DNA of 64,000 nucleotides, taken from NCBI GenBank assembly GCA_050613775.1, contig JBODTK010000150.1:186001-250000 (forward strand), given 5' to 3'. Positions 37,982 to 53,159 of this stretch are shown piece after piece; within the stretch, counting starts at the first letter, position 1, and every line of letters starts with the position of its first letter. This DNA comes from Neocallimastix sp. 'constans'. Taxonomy: Eukaryota. The notes beneath the pieces are model-generated. The model was given only the letters and a program-made list of their open reading frames with translations. It was not told the DNA's origin and did not search any database. The position numbers and the translations under genes are program-made.

Positions 37982-38524
37982 TTATTGAAACATATCTGCT
38001 AAATATTGAAAGACATCATCATAGGCCACCCATTCATTATCTATTAAATTATTAGTAAATTCTATGAAATTATCCGCCAACTTTACGGAACATTGTGTGA
38101 TATTATCATGATTAATGGGAAGAGAGACGGTTTCATTAATCGATTCTAAAAAGAATTCAATAGGTTCATTGGGATCTGCGAAAAGAGAATGTTCACACTG
38201 ATAGATGGCGCCATCCTTTAAATCAATACAAATGACATCCTCTATTTGAGAGACGACACCGAAAGTTAAAAAGTCATGAAGGTATAAGGAAGCTCCGGGA
38301 ACCTCAAAAGAATTTAATTCTTCAATTTTATTAACAGAGAAAAACTTTATATCTCTTATTTTTACATCCTTTTTAGGCATAAATTTTGTATAGAATTCAA
38401 CAAACTCCTTTGGAAGATGACCCTTTCCTAAATCCAATAATTTATTTAAATCAGCAGGAGTAGCCTTTGTGAAATGACTACCACCATTATCATTTTCTTT
38501 TAAAAAATTTATAAATTTTTCCAT
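37982..38524 (-). CDS. SMI1/KNR4 (SUKH superfamily) domain protein, intronless
   Basis: Pattern KAT..DL..L...HLPKEFVEFY, FLTFG...DVICIDL..GAIY..H, LADNFIEF matches SUKH immunity-type domains. Confidence 0.8.
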   Translation of the reverse strand: MEKFINFLKENDNGGSHFTKATPADLNKLLDLGKGHLPKEFVEFYTKFMPKKDVKIRDIKFFSVNKIEELNSFEVPGASLYLHDFLTFGVVSQIEDVICIDLKDGAIYQCEHSLFADPNEPIEFFLESINETVSLPINHDNITQCSVKLADNFIEFTNNLIDNEWVAYDDVFQYLADMFQ

Positions 38525-38724
38525 GATGAATTTTATTTTTTTTTTGTTAAAATTGATAAAGGAAGATTTTAAGAGAGCTATGGGTTGAATAGATAGATAA
38601 TTAGATCGAAGGATAAATTAATAGATAGATATTATATATATATTAAATATATAAATGGTATAACAAGAAAAAAAAAATTATTTTTTTTTTTTATGTTTGA
38701 ATATATATATATATTTTTCTTTTT

Positions 38725-38762
<38 letters not shown>

Positions 38763-40845
38763 GTATGTGTGTATGCGTCTATGCGTTTTTCTTTTTCTCT
38801 TTTTCTTTTTCTTAATTAAATAAATATTTATATATAGAACTACTCTGAAGATAAAACAAATGAGAAGATAGAATAATAATTTTTTTTTTTTTTAAAAATA
38901 TTATGTTAACTAATTTGGTATATATTTTTAATAATTTCTTTTTCTTCTTCTTCTTTATATATACATATTTGTATTTATATAAATTTCTATTTTTTTTTTT
39001 TTTTTATTAATATAGGTTTAAAAATTATTTATATTTGTAAAAAATAAAAAAAAAAAAAAAATTAAAAAAGAGTGAAAAAATAAAACAAAAAAATAAATAT
39101 ATATATATTTTTTTTTAATTATATAAATTTTATTATATATTATATATTATTATATATTATACATTAATATTAACTATAATTAATTCTATTATTAAAACAT
39201 TCATTATTAATTTAAATTCATTTATGATTTTTTTTTTATTTAATTATTTATTTATTTATTACTATTCATTTTCCAATAAAACGTTAAATCCTAACTTTCT
39301 TTACCGAGTCTTATTATAATATTTAAATATATATATGAAATTAAAAAAGAAAATAATATAATATATAATAAAATAAATCAAAATAAAATAAAAATCTAAT
39401 CTAATAATAAAAATAATAATAGTAATAATAATAATTGAACTTTTTTTTTTTTTTTTTTTTTTTAATTATTCATATATATATACTATAAAATATATTTTCA
39501 ATTTATTTTGTAATATATGGCCGTTAAATAAAAATAATTATTAAAAAAAAAAAACTTTTTGAATTTAGATAATTATAAAAAAATAGAATTATAATAATAT
39601 AAAAAATAAAAATAAAAATAATAAATAATAAAGGAGTAATAGATTATTATTAATATATTAATATTGATATATAAAAATAATTATATACATACATATATAA
39701 TAATTAAATTACAAAAAAAGAGTAATTACTAATTGTGAAATATATCATCTTTTTTATTTTTTTTTTTATGTTCAATATAAAATTTAAATAGTATAATTTA
39801 AAGTTTTATTTTATTTTATTTTATTCTTTTATTTTATATTAAATATTTTTTTTAAATACGATAAATGTTAGTTTATAATTCTATCATATATCATATATCA
39901 TTTAAATTCTTTTTTTTCATTTTGTTGTTGTTACTGTCACTAAATATATTCACCATTTAATGTATTTTCCTTTTCTCCTTTTTTTTTTTTTTTTTTTTTT
40001 TTTAATTTTTTAATTTTTTAATTTCATATTTTAATATGAGTTTTTTATTTAAATGATATAAAATTATTATTTTATTTGGTGTATATCTTTTTATTAACTT
40101 TTTATTTTAAATTTAAGGACTAATTAATAAATCCTAGTTTTTATTATTAATGATACTATTAACTAATTAATATTAATAGATTCTTTTTATTTTTTTTTTC
40201 TCTCTCTCTGTAAAGATTATTATAGATTATTATTCTTTTTTTAAATTTTTATTCATTATATATATTTAATATAGATATGAATTAAATAATTATTATTATT
40301 AGTAATCATATAATTAGTTTAATTATTCTTTTTTTTTTTTTTTATAAATAAATGTCTCTTCCTTTTTAATAATTATTATTTAATATTGTTTAAATATTCA
40401 TTCATTATTATTTAAATATTCAATTATTATTATTAGAATGCTTAATTATTAGAATACTTAATTATTAGAATACTTAATTATCATTCATTAACATAATTTA
40501 GTTTAAAATATTTTTATTTTTATTTTTAATTTTATTTTATGATGAATTCAAAATCATTGATATATAATAAAAATACTAATGTCAATATATGGTTTAAATA
40601 GAATAAATTTACTATTCTTTATATATAAAATATATAAATCAAAAGTATAGATATAAATAATTATAAATATAAATAATAATTATAAATATAAAAAAAATTA
40701 TAAATATAAATAATAATTATAAATATAAAAATAATAATTATAAATATAAATAATAATTATAAATATAAAAATAGAATATTATTATTATTTATTTATATAT
40801 TATAAATATATAAGAAATATTAAATATTGATTACAATAATATTCA

Positions 40846-40945
40846 CCTATATATTGGGAATATATAGCATTAACATTTACCTATATATTATAAATATATA
40901 GCATTAACAATTAGCCTATATATTGTGAATATATAGCATTAACAT
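40846..40945. repeat. Three tandem 34-35-bp palindromic repeats
   Basis: CCTATATATT-NNN-AATATATAGCATTAACA at 40846, 40880, 40915. Confidence 0.85.
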
Positions 40946-41904
40946 ATGTTAAGAATATTTTTAGTTTTTTTTTTTAATAGAAATATAATCCATCATATAT
41001 AATAATATATTTACATAAGAAAAATTGTAAGAAAATATTTATATGTACATATACTGTTATATATTCTAATATATAATAATATCGAATTTATTTATATTTA
41101 TATAAATTAAGTATTAAAATATATTAATATAATAATATATAATTATATATAATTATATAATAATATAATAAAATATATTAATATATAATTCAGTTTATAT
41201 AACAAGTTTTAATATAATTTAGTAATTGTTATACATATAATATAATCGCTCTATATACTAATATATATTTATAATATATGCAATTTAGATTTATAGCCTA
41301 AAAAAAAAAAAAAATTGAGGTTAAATAATAGAATTCACAATACATTGTGTAATATATAAATAATATATAGAAATTTATTTTATTTTTTTTTACTTTTTTT
41401 AGCAACTTTTAAAAAATAAAAATTAAAAATTAAAAATTTTGTAATACAAATATAAAAAAATAAAAATTAGTGTAGCCATTATATTATTTATATATTATTT
41501 ATATATTCATATTATATAATTTATTAAACTAAAAATATATGGTACCATTTAAATTTTATTTTTAAATTTTAAATTTTAAATTTTAAAAATAATAAAAAAA
41601 ATTAAAAAATTAAAAAATTAAAAATTAAAAATTTAAAAAATTAAAGAATTAAATTAAAAAAAAAAAAAAAAATACAAAATATTTTATTATTATTATTATT
41701 ATAATTATTATTATTTCATTTCTTTCTTTCTTCCTTCCTTCCTTCCTGATCACTTCTTCTTTTTTTTTTTTTTATTATTATCATCACTTTGTCATTGTTT
41801 AAATCATTTTAAAAGGAATATTTAGAAATGGAAAGGAAAAAATAAAAAATGATAAAAAAATTAAGACAATTTAAAATAAAATTTTTCTTTTATTTCTCTC
41901 TTTA

Positions 41905-41936
<32 letters not shown>

Positions 41937-42557
41937 CACTTCAAAAAAAGATGAAGATTAAAATTAGAATTTAATATAAATTAAGGATTATTTTAATGAA
42001 TATTAGATAGGAATTAATTATTAAATATTTAATCAATTATAATAATTGTAATTATTCATTGATTAACTTTAATTTTATATTTAATAATATATAATATTAT
42101 TTATTCAAAAAATTTATTAATTTTTTTTTTTTTGTTAATGAAAATATATTATTAAGATTAAATATTTAATCCTACTTAAAATAATTATTTATTATTTATT
42201 AAAATTAATAATACTATCATAACATATATCATGAATATAGCATATATCATAAAAACATAGATAATCATGAATATAACATATGCCAATAATAAAATAAATT
42301 TAAATTTATAATTACAATATTAAAAATTTAAAGGTATAATAAATAAAATAAAAGATAATTTAAAATAAATATGAAATAAAATTTAAAAATATTAGGAATA
42401 AGAAACAAAATAAAAGATAATTTAAAATAAATATGAAATATATTTTCTGTTGATTGTTAATATATGAAATTAAAAAAGTAAAAAAATTTTAATTCCTATT
42501 TAAAAATTTAAAATTTAAATTTATTTATTTATTTATTTTTTTTTTTTTCACAATGAG

Positions 42558-42590
<33 letters not shown>

Positions 42591-43829
42591 CTTAATTATA
42601 TATTTATTTTATTTTATATATTTATATTTTAAATTTTATGTAATTTTTAGTTTTAATTTTATTATTAAATTATTAACTAAATTTTTATTTGTAACTTATA
42701 ATCTGAAGATTCTTAATATCACTTTTTTAATGGTGATAAAAGTGATTAATAGTATCATTATTAATAATTTATATTTGAAATAATAATCAATATTGTTAAA
42801 TGATTTAATATATATAAGATAGGATAGGATAAGAATATATATAATTTATTTAAATAACAATTTATATATATATTTTTAATTAAGATGATGAAAATGGTGA
42901 TAAATAAATTTTAAGATGACTATAATATTAATAATAAATATTAATAATAATTTATAGAAAACAATAATAATCCAATTTTATTTTTTAATGTATAAAATTT
43001 GTTTTTCTTTTTTTTAATACAAATTATTTAAATGAATTTATAAGTGATTATAAGTGATATTTATTGGGTTTTAATATTCTTTTTATTTTTATTATTTTAT
43101 ATATATATATATAAAATAATATTAATAATAATAATAAAAATACTTGTTTGTGAAAGATCAATCCATATTGCATTTACCTATTGAAATTCAGTATAAAAAT
43201 TTTTATTTCATAAGATATCATGATACCTCTTATTCCTAAATATAAGAGATTAAAAAAAAAAAAATTATTTTATATATATTTTCTATGTATATATTTTACC
43301 ATTTTTGTCCTTTTTATGTATTTATTTATAGAATAGAATACATGTAAGTAGGTATATATATTTTACTTTTTTGTTAATTAGTAAAATATTTATTTATTCA
43401 TTTTATTATTTATTCATATTATTATTTATTCATTTATTATTATTAATTATTTATTATTTATTCCCTATTTAACAAATGTATCTATTTTTTCATGCTAGAG
43501 TACTACATAAATATTTTAATATATTACATATTTTTATTTTTATTACTATTTTAATTATTTTTACTATTATTTTAATTTTTTTATTATTATCATTATTATT
43601 ATTATTATTATTTTGTTACTAGAAAATTTAATTACATTGATCATTCCATAATCTATTAAAATTTAATGTACAATTTATATAATTTTATTTTTAATAAATC
43701 TTTTTTTTTTTAATAGATAGACGACTATATATTTGTTAAAATATAGTATATTTAATTAATACATAATTATTTATTATTCAATTATTTATTTATTAATTAT
43801 TAATTATTAATTATAACTTATTATCTATT

Positions 43830-44290
43830 TTTATTATTTATTATTATTTATTATTTATTATTTATTATTTATTATTTATTATTTATTATTTATTATTAAT
43901 AAATACTCTTATTATTTATTATTTATTATTAATAAATACTCTTATTATTTATTATTTATTATTAATAAATACTCTTATTATTTATTATTTATTATTTATT
44001 ATTAATAAATACTCTTATTATTTATTATTTATTATTTATTATTAATAAATAATCTTATTATTTATTATTTATTATTTATTATTAATAAATACTCTTATTA
44101 TTTATTATTTATTATTTATTATTAATAAATACTCTTATTATTTATTATTTATTATTTATTATTAATAAATACTCTTATTATTTATTATTTATTATTTATT
44201 ATTAATAAATACTCTTATTATTTATTATTTATTATTTATTATTTATTCATTATTATTAATTATTTATTCATTATTATTTATTATTTATTA
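43830..44290. repeat. (TTATTTA)n-derived 40-bp minisatellite
   Basis: Unit AATAAATACTCTTATTATTTATTATTTATTATTTATTATT repeated. Confidence 0.9.
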
Positions 44291-44924
44291 TATATTACTT
44301 AAAAAGATTATTAATTAATAATACTCTTTTTATTATTTATTATTGAAATATTATTTTTTTATTACCAAACTGTCTCTACATTAAATGAATAAATAGATAT
44401 AAATGTTAATAAAAAAAAATAAAAAATAACAAAGTAACATAATTGATTAATTAGTTACTATAAAATAATAATTATGTAATAATAAGAATAATAAGAATAA
44501 GAATAAGAATAAAAAAAAATTTTTTTTTAATTATCTTATTTCAATATAATTTTTTAGTAAAAAAAAAAAGTCTATAGAATAATAATATAGAATAATTATA
44601 TATAAGGTTTAAATTAAAGCATAATAATAATCTAATTAATTCAAATAAAATCAATAAACTTTTTTTTTTTTTAATAAAAGTTAAAAAAAAAAAAAAGTTT
44701 AAAGATATCTTTTTTTTTTAAAAGTTTATCTAGGAAAAATTAATAATATAACTAAATAATTTTTTTTTTTATTAATGCATAAATTGTCTATAGAATATTT
44801 TAATTAATTTTGTTACTGCTACTAATTAATAGGTAATAATTAAATTTTCTTTAAATATTCAATAGTAAATATAAAGATGATTTAAAATAATGAAATAATA
44901 AAAATAATAAAAAGTATTTTTTAA

Positions 44925-45523
44925 TAATAAATAATAAATAATAAATAATAAGCAAATAAATAAATAATAAATAATAAATAATAAATAATAAATAATAAAT
45001 AATAAATAATAAATAATAAAATAATAAATAATAAGTAAGTAAATAATAAATAATAAATAATAAATAATAAATAATAAATAATAAATAATAAATAATAAAT
45101 AATAAATAATAAATAATAAATAATAAATAATAAATAATAAATAATAAATAATAAATAATAAATAATAAATAATAAATAATAAATAATAAATAATAAATAA
45201 TAAATAATAAATAATAAATAATAAATAATAAATAATAAATAATAAATAATAAATAATAAATAATAAATAATAAATAATAAATAATAAATAATAAATAATA
45301 AATAATAAATAATAAATAATAAATAATAAATAATAAATAATAAATAATAAATAATAAATAATAAATAATAAATAATAAATAATAAATAATAAATAATAAA
45401 TAATAAATAATAAATAATAAATAATAAATAATAAATAATAAATAATAAATAATAAATAATAAATAATAAATAATAAATAATAAATAATAAATAATAAATA
45501 ATAAATAATAAATAATAAATAAT
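44925..45523. repeat. (AATAAAT)n heptamer satellite
   Basis: About 600 bp, perfect over the last ~480 bp. Confidence 0.97.
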
Positions 45524-45601
45524 ATTTATTTATTTATATTTTTATATATTACATATAATATACATTAAACGTGTTTAATAAAAAAAAAAATTTTTTTTTG
45601 T

Positions 45602-45633
<32 letters not shown>

Positions 45634-46562
45634 TGTTTTTGTGTGAAAGTGATCCAAATATTTCCCATTTTTTCCCATTTTGTAACCATTTATTTAACAT
45701 TATTCATATGAACCAAAACTTAATCTTTTCCTATTATTAATGCTACCATATATTATAATTAATATTACTATTATGATTAGTACTTTAGTATTATTAAACG
45801 CTTATATATATATAAATAATATATTTAATATTATTTATACTATTTTAATTATAATTTATAATATTCTTTTATATATATATAATTTGTACTATTATAATAA
45901 TAATTTATAATATTCTTTTATATCTTTTATATATATATAATTTGTACTATTTTAATTTTTTTTTATCGTTTTTTAATTTTAAAGAAAAAAAATAGTTATA
46001 AAAAAGCTATTTTTTATACATAAATTTAAATAGATTTCATAAAAAAAAAAAAATTATAACTTTTCTAGAGAAACCATGAATTAATTATAAAATTGTAAAT
46101 AACATTTTTTTAGAATTGAAGTCACCTCTTATTAGAAATTAATCTAATTATTATAAATTTAATTTTATATCCACACTACAATATATATAACAATAACATA
46201 ATATATATCACTCCTATATAATATTATTTATAAAAATTTATTTATAAAAATTTATAGTTCAAATGTTTTTTTATATATATAAACATTATCCATATTTATT
46301 TTTTTATTTAATATAGAGAGGATAGAGGATTTAATAAAATTCCATTTTATTTTATTTTATTTTATTTACTTTTATTTTTATTTCATTTCAATGAAATACT
46401 TTATAAATATTTTTATACTTTATAAAATATATATTTAGAGAACATAAATTATAACATAAATTTATACTATTTAACTAAACTTCTATTAAAATTTTATTCA
46501 GATGATTTAAAAAGGTGATTTAAAGAGTCTATAAAAAAAAAATTAAGACAAGATAAGAAAAA

Positions 46563-46594
<32 letters not shown>

Positions 46595-47836
46595 AAAATA
46601 AAATAAAAAAAATAAAAAAGGAGAAAATAATTAATAAATTATTTAATAATTATTATAAAAAAAAAGAAAAATTTTTTTTATTTTTATTAATAAAAAAGAC
46701 TCTATTTTTATATATTATTATTTATTATTATTACTATTATTCATAATAATTATTATTAAACAGATATTAATTATTGATTATTAATTATTAAATATAGCCT
46801 ATTAAACTATTATTCGATTTTTTGATTTATTCACATCTTTTGATGATTTAATTTATAATTAAGACATAGAAGATTAAATTTTATTTGATTAAAAAAAAAA
46901 AAAAAGTTTTAATTTTATAAAATTTTATTTCATAATAAACCTTTTTTATTATAAAAATTTTTATTCATTAATTTATATTTTTACCAATTTATTTAATTAT
47001 TTTATTATTTATTTATTTATTTATTTATTTATTATTAATTCATTTATTTGTTTATCTATTTATTATTTACTTATTTATTTGTTTATTATTTATTTGTTTA
47101 TTTATTTATTATTTATTATTCATTTATTTATTCAATTATATGTTTAATCTTTTAAATTCATTTCATCAATTTCTACCCCTTAAAATTTAAAGATTAATCG
47201 AAAAAAAAAAAAAAAAAAAAAGGCTTTAGACCACCAGCAATTCAAGCCATTGAAGTCTTAATTGGAGAAAAGAATAAAAAAAAAAAAAAAAAAGGAAAAA
47301 ACAATAAACAATAAATATTATTATTTGGAAAAGCCATCCTTTTAAAACGAATAATAAATAAATTATAAATAAATTATAAATAAATAATTAAAACTGATGA
47401 TAATAAAATAATAGTATTCTTATTATCAAGTAATAAATAATAAAAAGAATATCAATAAATAATAAATAATAAATAATTGAATAATAAATAACAAATTATT
47501 AATAATTAATAATAAATAATAAATAATAAATAATAAGCAAATAAATAAATAATAAATAATAAACAACAAATGAATAACAAATGAATGATATACATTAATA
47601 TATATTATTTTCATCCTAAAAAACCCAGAAAAAAAACAAAAAAAAAACAAAAAAAAAAAAAAAAAAAAAAAAAAAGAAATTATTCATGTTTTTTTTTTAT
47701 TTTTATTTTTTATTTTTGTTTCTTTTATATATTTAAATTATTTCTTGTATCTATAAAAGAAAATAAAAAATTATTTTTTTTTTGTTTTTCATTTTATTCA
47801 TCTCATTTGTCTTTTCTTTTTTCTTTTCTTTTCCTT

Positions 47837-47873
<37 letters not shown>

Positions 47874-48299
47874 TTCTTTTATATTAAAAATAATAAAAAA
47901 AAAAAAAAAAAAAACGTTACTTCGTACTTCATGATACAGTTGATTGAAATGGAAATATTCATTTATTTTGTTAATCTTTTAATTTCTTCTTAAATTAGAT
48001 AATGTCTTAATAAATAAATAATGAAATAATTTAAAATATTTATAATAGTAATAATGAAATTAATATTGATGGGATATTAATTATTGAAATATAACTTATA
48101 ATTATTTGAAATATTAAATATGAAAATAGTAAATATGAAATAATGAAACATTAATTAGTAAATAATCAATAATTATAAATCAATAATAATAAATCGATAA
48201 TTAATATATAAATAATAATTAATCAAAAATAATAATAAAGCGATAATATGTAAATAATCATTAAGTAAATAAAAATAATCATAAATAAATATTAAATTA

Positions 48300-48585
48300 T
48301 CTTTAATAACTAATAAATTACAAATAAATAATAAATTATCATTAATAACTAATAAATAATTACAAATAAATAATAAATTATCATTAATAACTAATAAATA
48401 ATTACAAATAAATAATAAATTATCATTAATAACTAATAAATAATTACAAATAAATAATAAATTATCATTAATAACTAATAAATAATTACAAATAAATAAT
48501 AAATTATCATTAATAACTAATAAATAATTACAAATAAATAATAAATTATCATTAATAACTAATAAATAATTACAAATAAATAATT
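48300..48585. repeat. 42-bp minisatellite, about 6.5 copies
   Basis: Unit ATTAATAACTAATAAATAATTACAAATAAATAATAAATTATC from 48341. Confidence 0.92.
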
Positions 48586-51477
48586 TAAAATAAAAAATAA
48601 TTATTATTAAATATTAAATATTAAATATAAATAATAAACATTAAAATAATTTAAAATAATAATTAATATATTCAATTTAATTCATATAACATAAATTGAT
48701 TAAATTAATTTTAATTATAGTATATTAAATTATTTATTTATATATTTAATATTCATTCATTGATTTAATTATAATTTAATAAGACATCCTAATAGTTATT
48801 CCTTTGTTTATTATTTATTTATTCATTTATTTTTATTATTTGATTAATGTTATATATAAAGTACTTCCATATTTAATTATCCTAACATTATTTATAATTT
48901 TATTAATTATTAATATTTATATTTTTATTATTCAGTTATTCATTATTTGATTATTCATTATTCAATTATTTATTTATTATTATTTATTATTTAATTATTT
49001 ATTATTTATTATTTATTATTTATTATTTATTATTTATTATTTATTATCTATTATTTATTATTTATTATTTATTATTTATTATTTATTATTTAATTATTCA
49101 ATTATTTATTTATTATTATTTATTATTTATTATCTATTATTTATTATTTATTATTTAATTATTTATTATTTATATTTATTTTATCTATTTATTTATTTAT
49201 TATTTATTATTTATTAATTTTATCAATTATTTATTTTATATTCTGTATAACATCAACAAAAAAATTTACACCAAATAAATTAAAATATACTTTTAATTTA
49301 TTTGTGCTATATAACATCCATATATTATTTTATATGGTATCTATTCTACTTTTTAGCCAATAAAATTTTAATAAATAAAATAAATAAAAAAAAGGAAACA
49401 ACAAAAAAAAACTTTTGAATGATTGTATGACAAATTAAATTAATTATATGTAAACAATATATTTCTATTTTATTTATTCCATATATTAATTATAAAGTTA
49501 ATTTAATTATTTTTTTTAAATGGAATTAAAGAAATTTAATCTATTTTATATATATTAACAATGAACTATGATTATATTTATATTAATTATATTATTTACT
49601 ATTTTAAAGTCAATTGTTAATATAAACACAATATATTATTCAATGAATTGAGTGGTCCAAATTCAATTAGAATAAATTGACAATATAAATAATTCATTTG
49701 GAATAGATTAAAAATTTTTTTTTTTTGATTTTAAACTTTTAAATAAAATTGATTAAAAAATAAAATACTAAATATTAAATAATAATTACTAAATATTAAA
49801 TTATTTATTAATCTATTCATTCATTTATTATTGGTAATTTTATATTAAATTATTTATTTATTTATAATTAATTTATACATTTATTTATTTTGTTGTATTA
49901 ATTTTTAAAATTTGATTAGATTTTATAAAAAAAATAATTTTTTTTATAATAATTACCTCCAAAAAAAAAAAAAAATTAAAGTCTATTTAATATTATAAAT
50001 TAATCAATGTCTTTTAAGTTTTAAAAGGTTGATGATATTAAAAAAGAGAAAAAATAAAGTAAAAAACAAAAAAAAAAAACTTGAAAATAAATAATGAATG
50101 AGAATTTAATTATTATTATAATGATAAAAAATTAAATAAAAAAAATTTCATTATTTTATTTCTAATTTTTTTTTTTTTGTTTAATTATTTTTAATTTTTT
50201 TTTTTTTTAAAAATTTTTAAAATAATTTGGTTTGTAATTGAATTTATATTGAATGGTGAAAATAAAATAAAATAAAAATAAATAATGAATATAAAATAAA
50301 ATAAAAATAAATAATGAATATAAAATAAAATAAAATTAAATAATGAATATAAAATAAAATAAAAATATGAATATATATCATATAAAAAAAGATATTTAAA
50401 ATAAAAATTAAAATGATTTTTGTTACAACAAAAACTTGTAACATTAGTTACATATAAAATATAATTTAATAATAATTTTTTTTTTTTAAAAAAATTTTTT
50501 TAATTATTTTTAATTAAAAAGTTTTTTTTTTTTTTTTTATTAAGAATTTAAGGAGGTTAAAGAGAAATAAATTATTTTTTTTATCGTTCATTTATATAAT
50601 AAATTGAAATAAAAAAATAAAAATAAAATAAAAACAATATAAAAATAGGATAAAAAAAAATAAAAATAAAGTAAAACAGTATAAAATAAAATAAAAAATT
50701 AAGGTAAAAATCATCAATTTTTAAAAAAAAAAATAAAATTTTCTTTAATAAAATTTATAAGAAAATTAAAAAAAACAATTAAAATAATAATAATTTAATA
50801 TAATTAAAAAGAGAAAGAGAGTAAATAATTTACAATATAATTAATAATAATAACCATAGAAATTAAATAGTTTTTTTTTTTTTTAATATAATGATGAGTT
50901 ATATTTAGGATGTTATTTTAAATTGTTTATATTAATTGTTTAAATAATGTGAATTACTTCTTTAATTTATTATTTAATAAATTGAAATAGAATAGAATAA
51001 AATGAAAAGAGATAGGGGTTATTTTATTTTAATTTTAATTTTAATTCAATTATTATATTTTATTCATTTCTTTTTTTTTTTTTTTTCTATCATTGCTCAT
51101 AGTTTGGTATTGATATAAACATTATTTAATATCTATCCTTTTTCTAATATCTATTATCTATTAATTATTTAATTAATTTTATATTATTCATTGATTTATT
51201 GATTTATTTATTTGGTAGAATTACTATTATTTATTTATTTATTTATTTAATTTTTATTACTTATGATTTATTTATAGATGATTTATCTATCTATTTATTA
51301 ATTATTACCACTATTTGATAGATTTTAAATAAATATTAATTCTATATTGTTTTTTATTATATTTAAATTATTTTATTTTAATTTTTTTTTTCTATTTAAA
51401 TTTATTAAATTTAAATTAATATATATATATTATATTTATAATTTGTTAAACATGATTTAAAAAAAATTTTTATTTTT

Positions 51478-51516
<39 letters not shown>

Positions 51517-51807
51517 AATTTTTATTATTAAAAAATAAAAAATATTTTAAAATAGTTAAAAAGGAATAAGATATAAATTAATTAATTAATTAATTACTTC
51601 ATTAGATTAACTTATAGTTAATTAATTTATATATTATTTTATAAAATCTATTTTATTTTTTTTAGATTAAATCATATTATTAAAGATAAATAAAATAAAA
51701 CTAAAACAAATGTTTTAGAATAACAATAACAAAAAAAAAATAATATTTAAATAAATCATTTATTATTAAGATATTTTTAAATATCTAAAAACAAAACAAA
51801 ACAAAAC

Positions 51808-51850
<43 letters not shown>

Positions 51851-53159
51851 TTTAATCAACTTATTTATTATTAAAAATATATAAAAATAAAAACAAACTA
51901 ATTTATATTTTATAAAATAATATATAATATCACTCTATAATAAAAAAGAATTTTTTATTTATTATTATTATTTTTAATATTTGATTTCTAGATTATAATT
52001 ATTTTTATTTTAAAATAATTTCTAAATATATATAATAGATAATAATTATTTTTTTTTTTTTTGATAAAAATAAAAATACTTTAATCATAATTTATTAAAA
52101 TAAAATTAAAATATATATATGAAACTATAATATTATTGATAAAACAATAACTATACCTTTATTAGAAAGAAAAAGATATACTATGAATAATAACTTTATA
52201 TAAAAAAGATTTAAGAATATATACAGACTTCATTTATATATTATTCAATACATATCTTAACAAAAATATAATCTACAATTTTATAAGAATTAGTAGTTAA
52301 TTTATTTAAAATAAAAAAAAAGAAATAATTGTATATAATATATATTGGTTTTGTATTTTTTCTTTTATTTTTATAAGAAAAAAAAACTATATATATTATA
52401 TATAATTAGCATAACTTAAGAAGAAAAGGAAAAATAAAAAAAAGAAAAAAAAAATTATAATAGTATTTGTAATTAACAAATTATTTATCACAATTTTTTT
52501 TTTAATAAATTAATCCTAAGCCATTATTAAGTATTTCAATATATATTATTAAAAATACTGTAAAAAAAAAAAAAAGAACAAAAAAAAAAGCAAAAAAAAA
52601 AAAAAAAAAAACAAAATAAAAAAATAAAAGCACTAGGTAATTATAAATATATATTTTTAACTTTATAAAAATAAACTGAATATATTGTTTAAGAAATAAA
52701 TAAAAAAAAAAAGAAATATTTATTTATATAAAATATAAACTAGATTTAGATATAAAATTTGATATAGATGTTAAAATAGATATATATACCGATAAAATAG
52801 ATTTAAAAAAATATATATATAAAATCAATAGTTTATTTTTTAAATTAAAATAAAGTAAATAAATAAATACACTACACTTTAAAAATAAAAAACAAAAAAA
52901 AAAAAAAAAAAAACAAAAAAAGTAAAATAAAATATAGAATAAAATAATAAATAAGTTTCTGTATATTATTTTAAATATATTTTTTCATTTATATAAAAAG
53001 AAAAACTAATACAGTTGTTGTTTTATTGCAATATATAATAAATCAAACATTTTTTTTTAAAAAAAACCAATAAAATAAAATAAAATAAAATAAAGCAATA
53101 ATAATAATAATAATAAATATTTTTTTTTTTAAATAAGAATATATATATAAAATTCAAAA

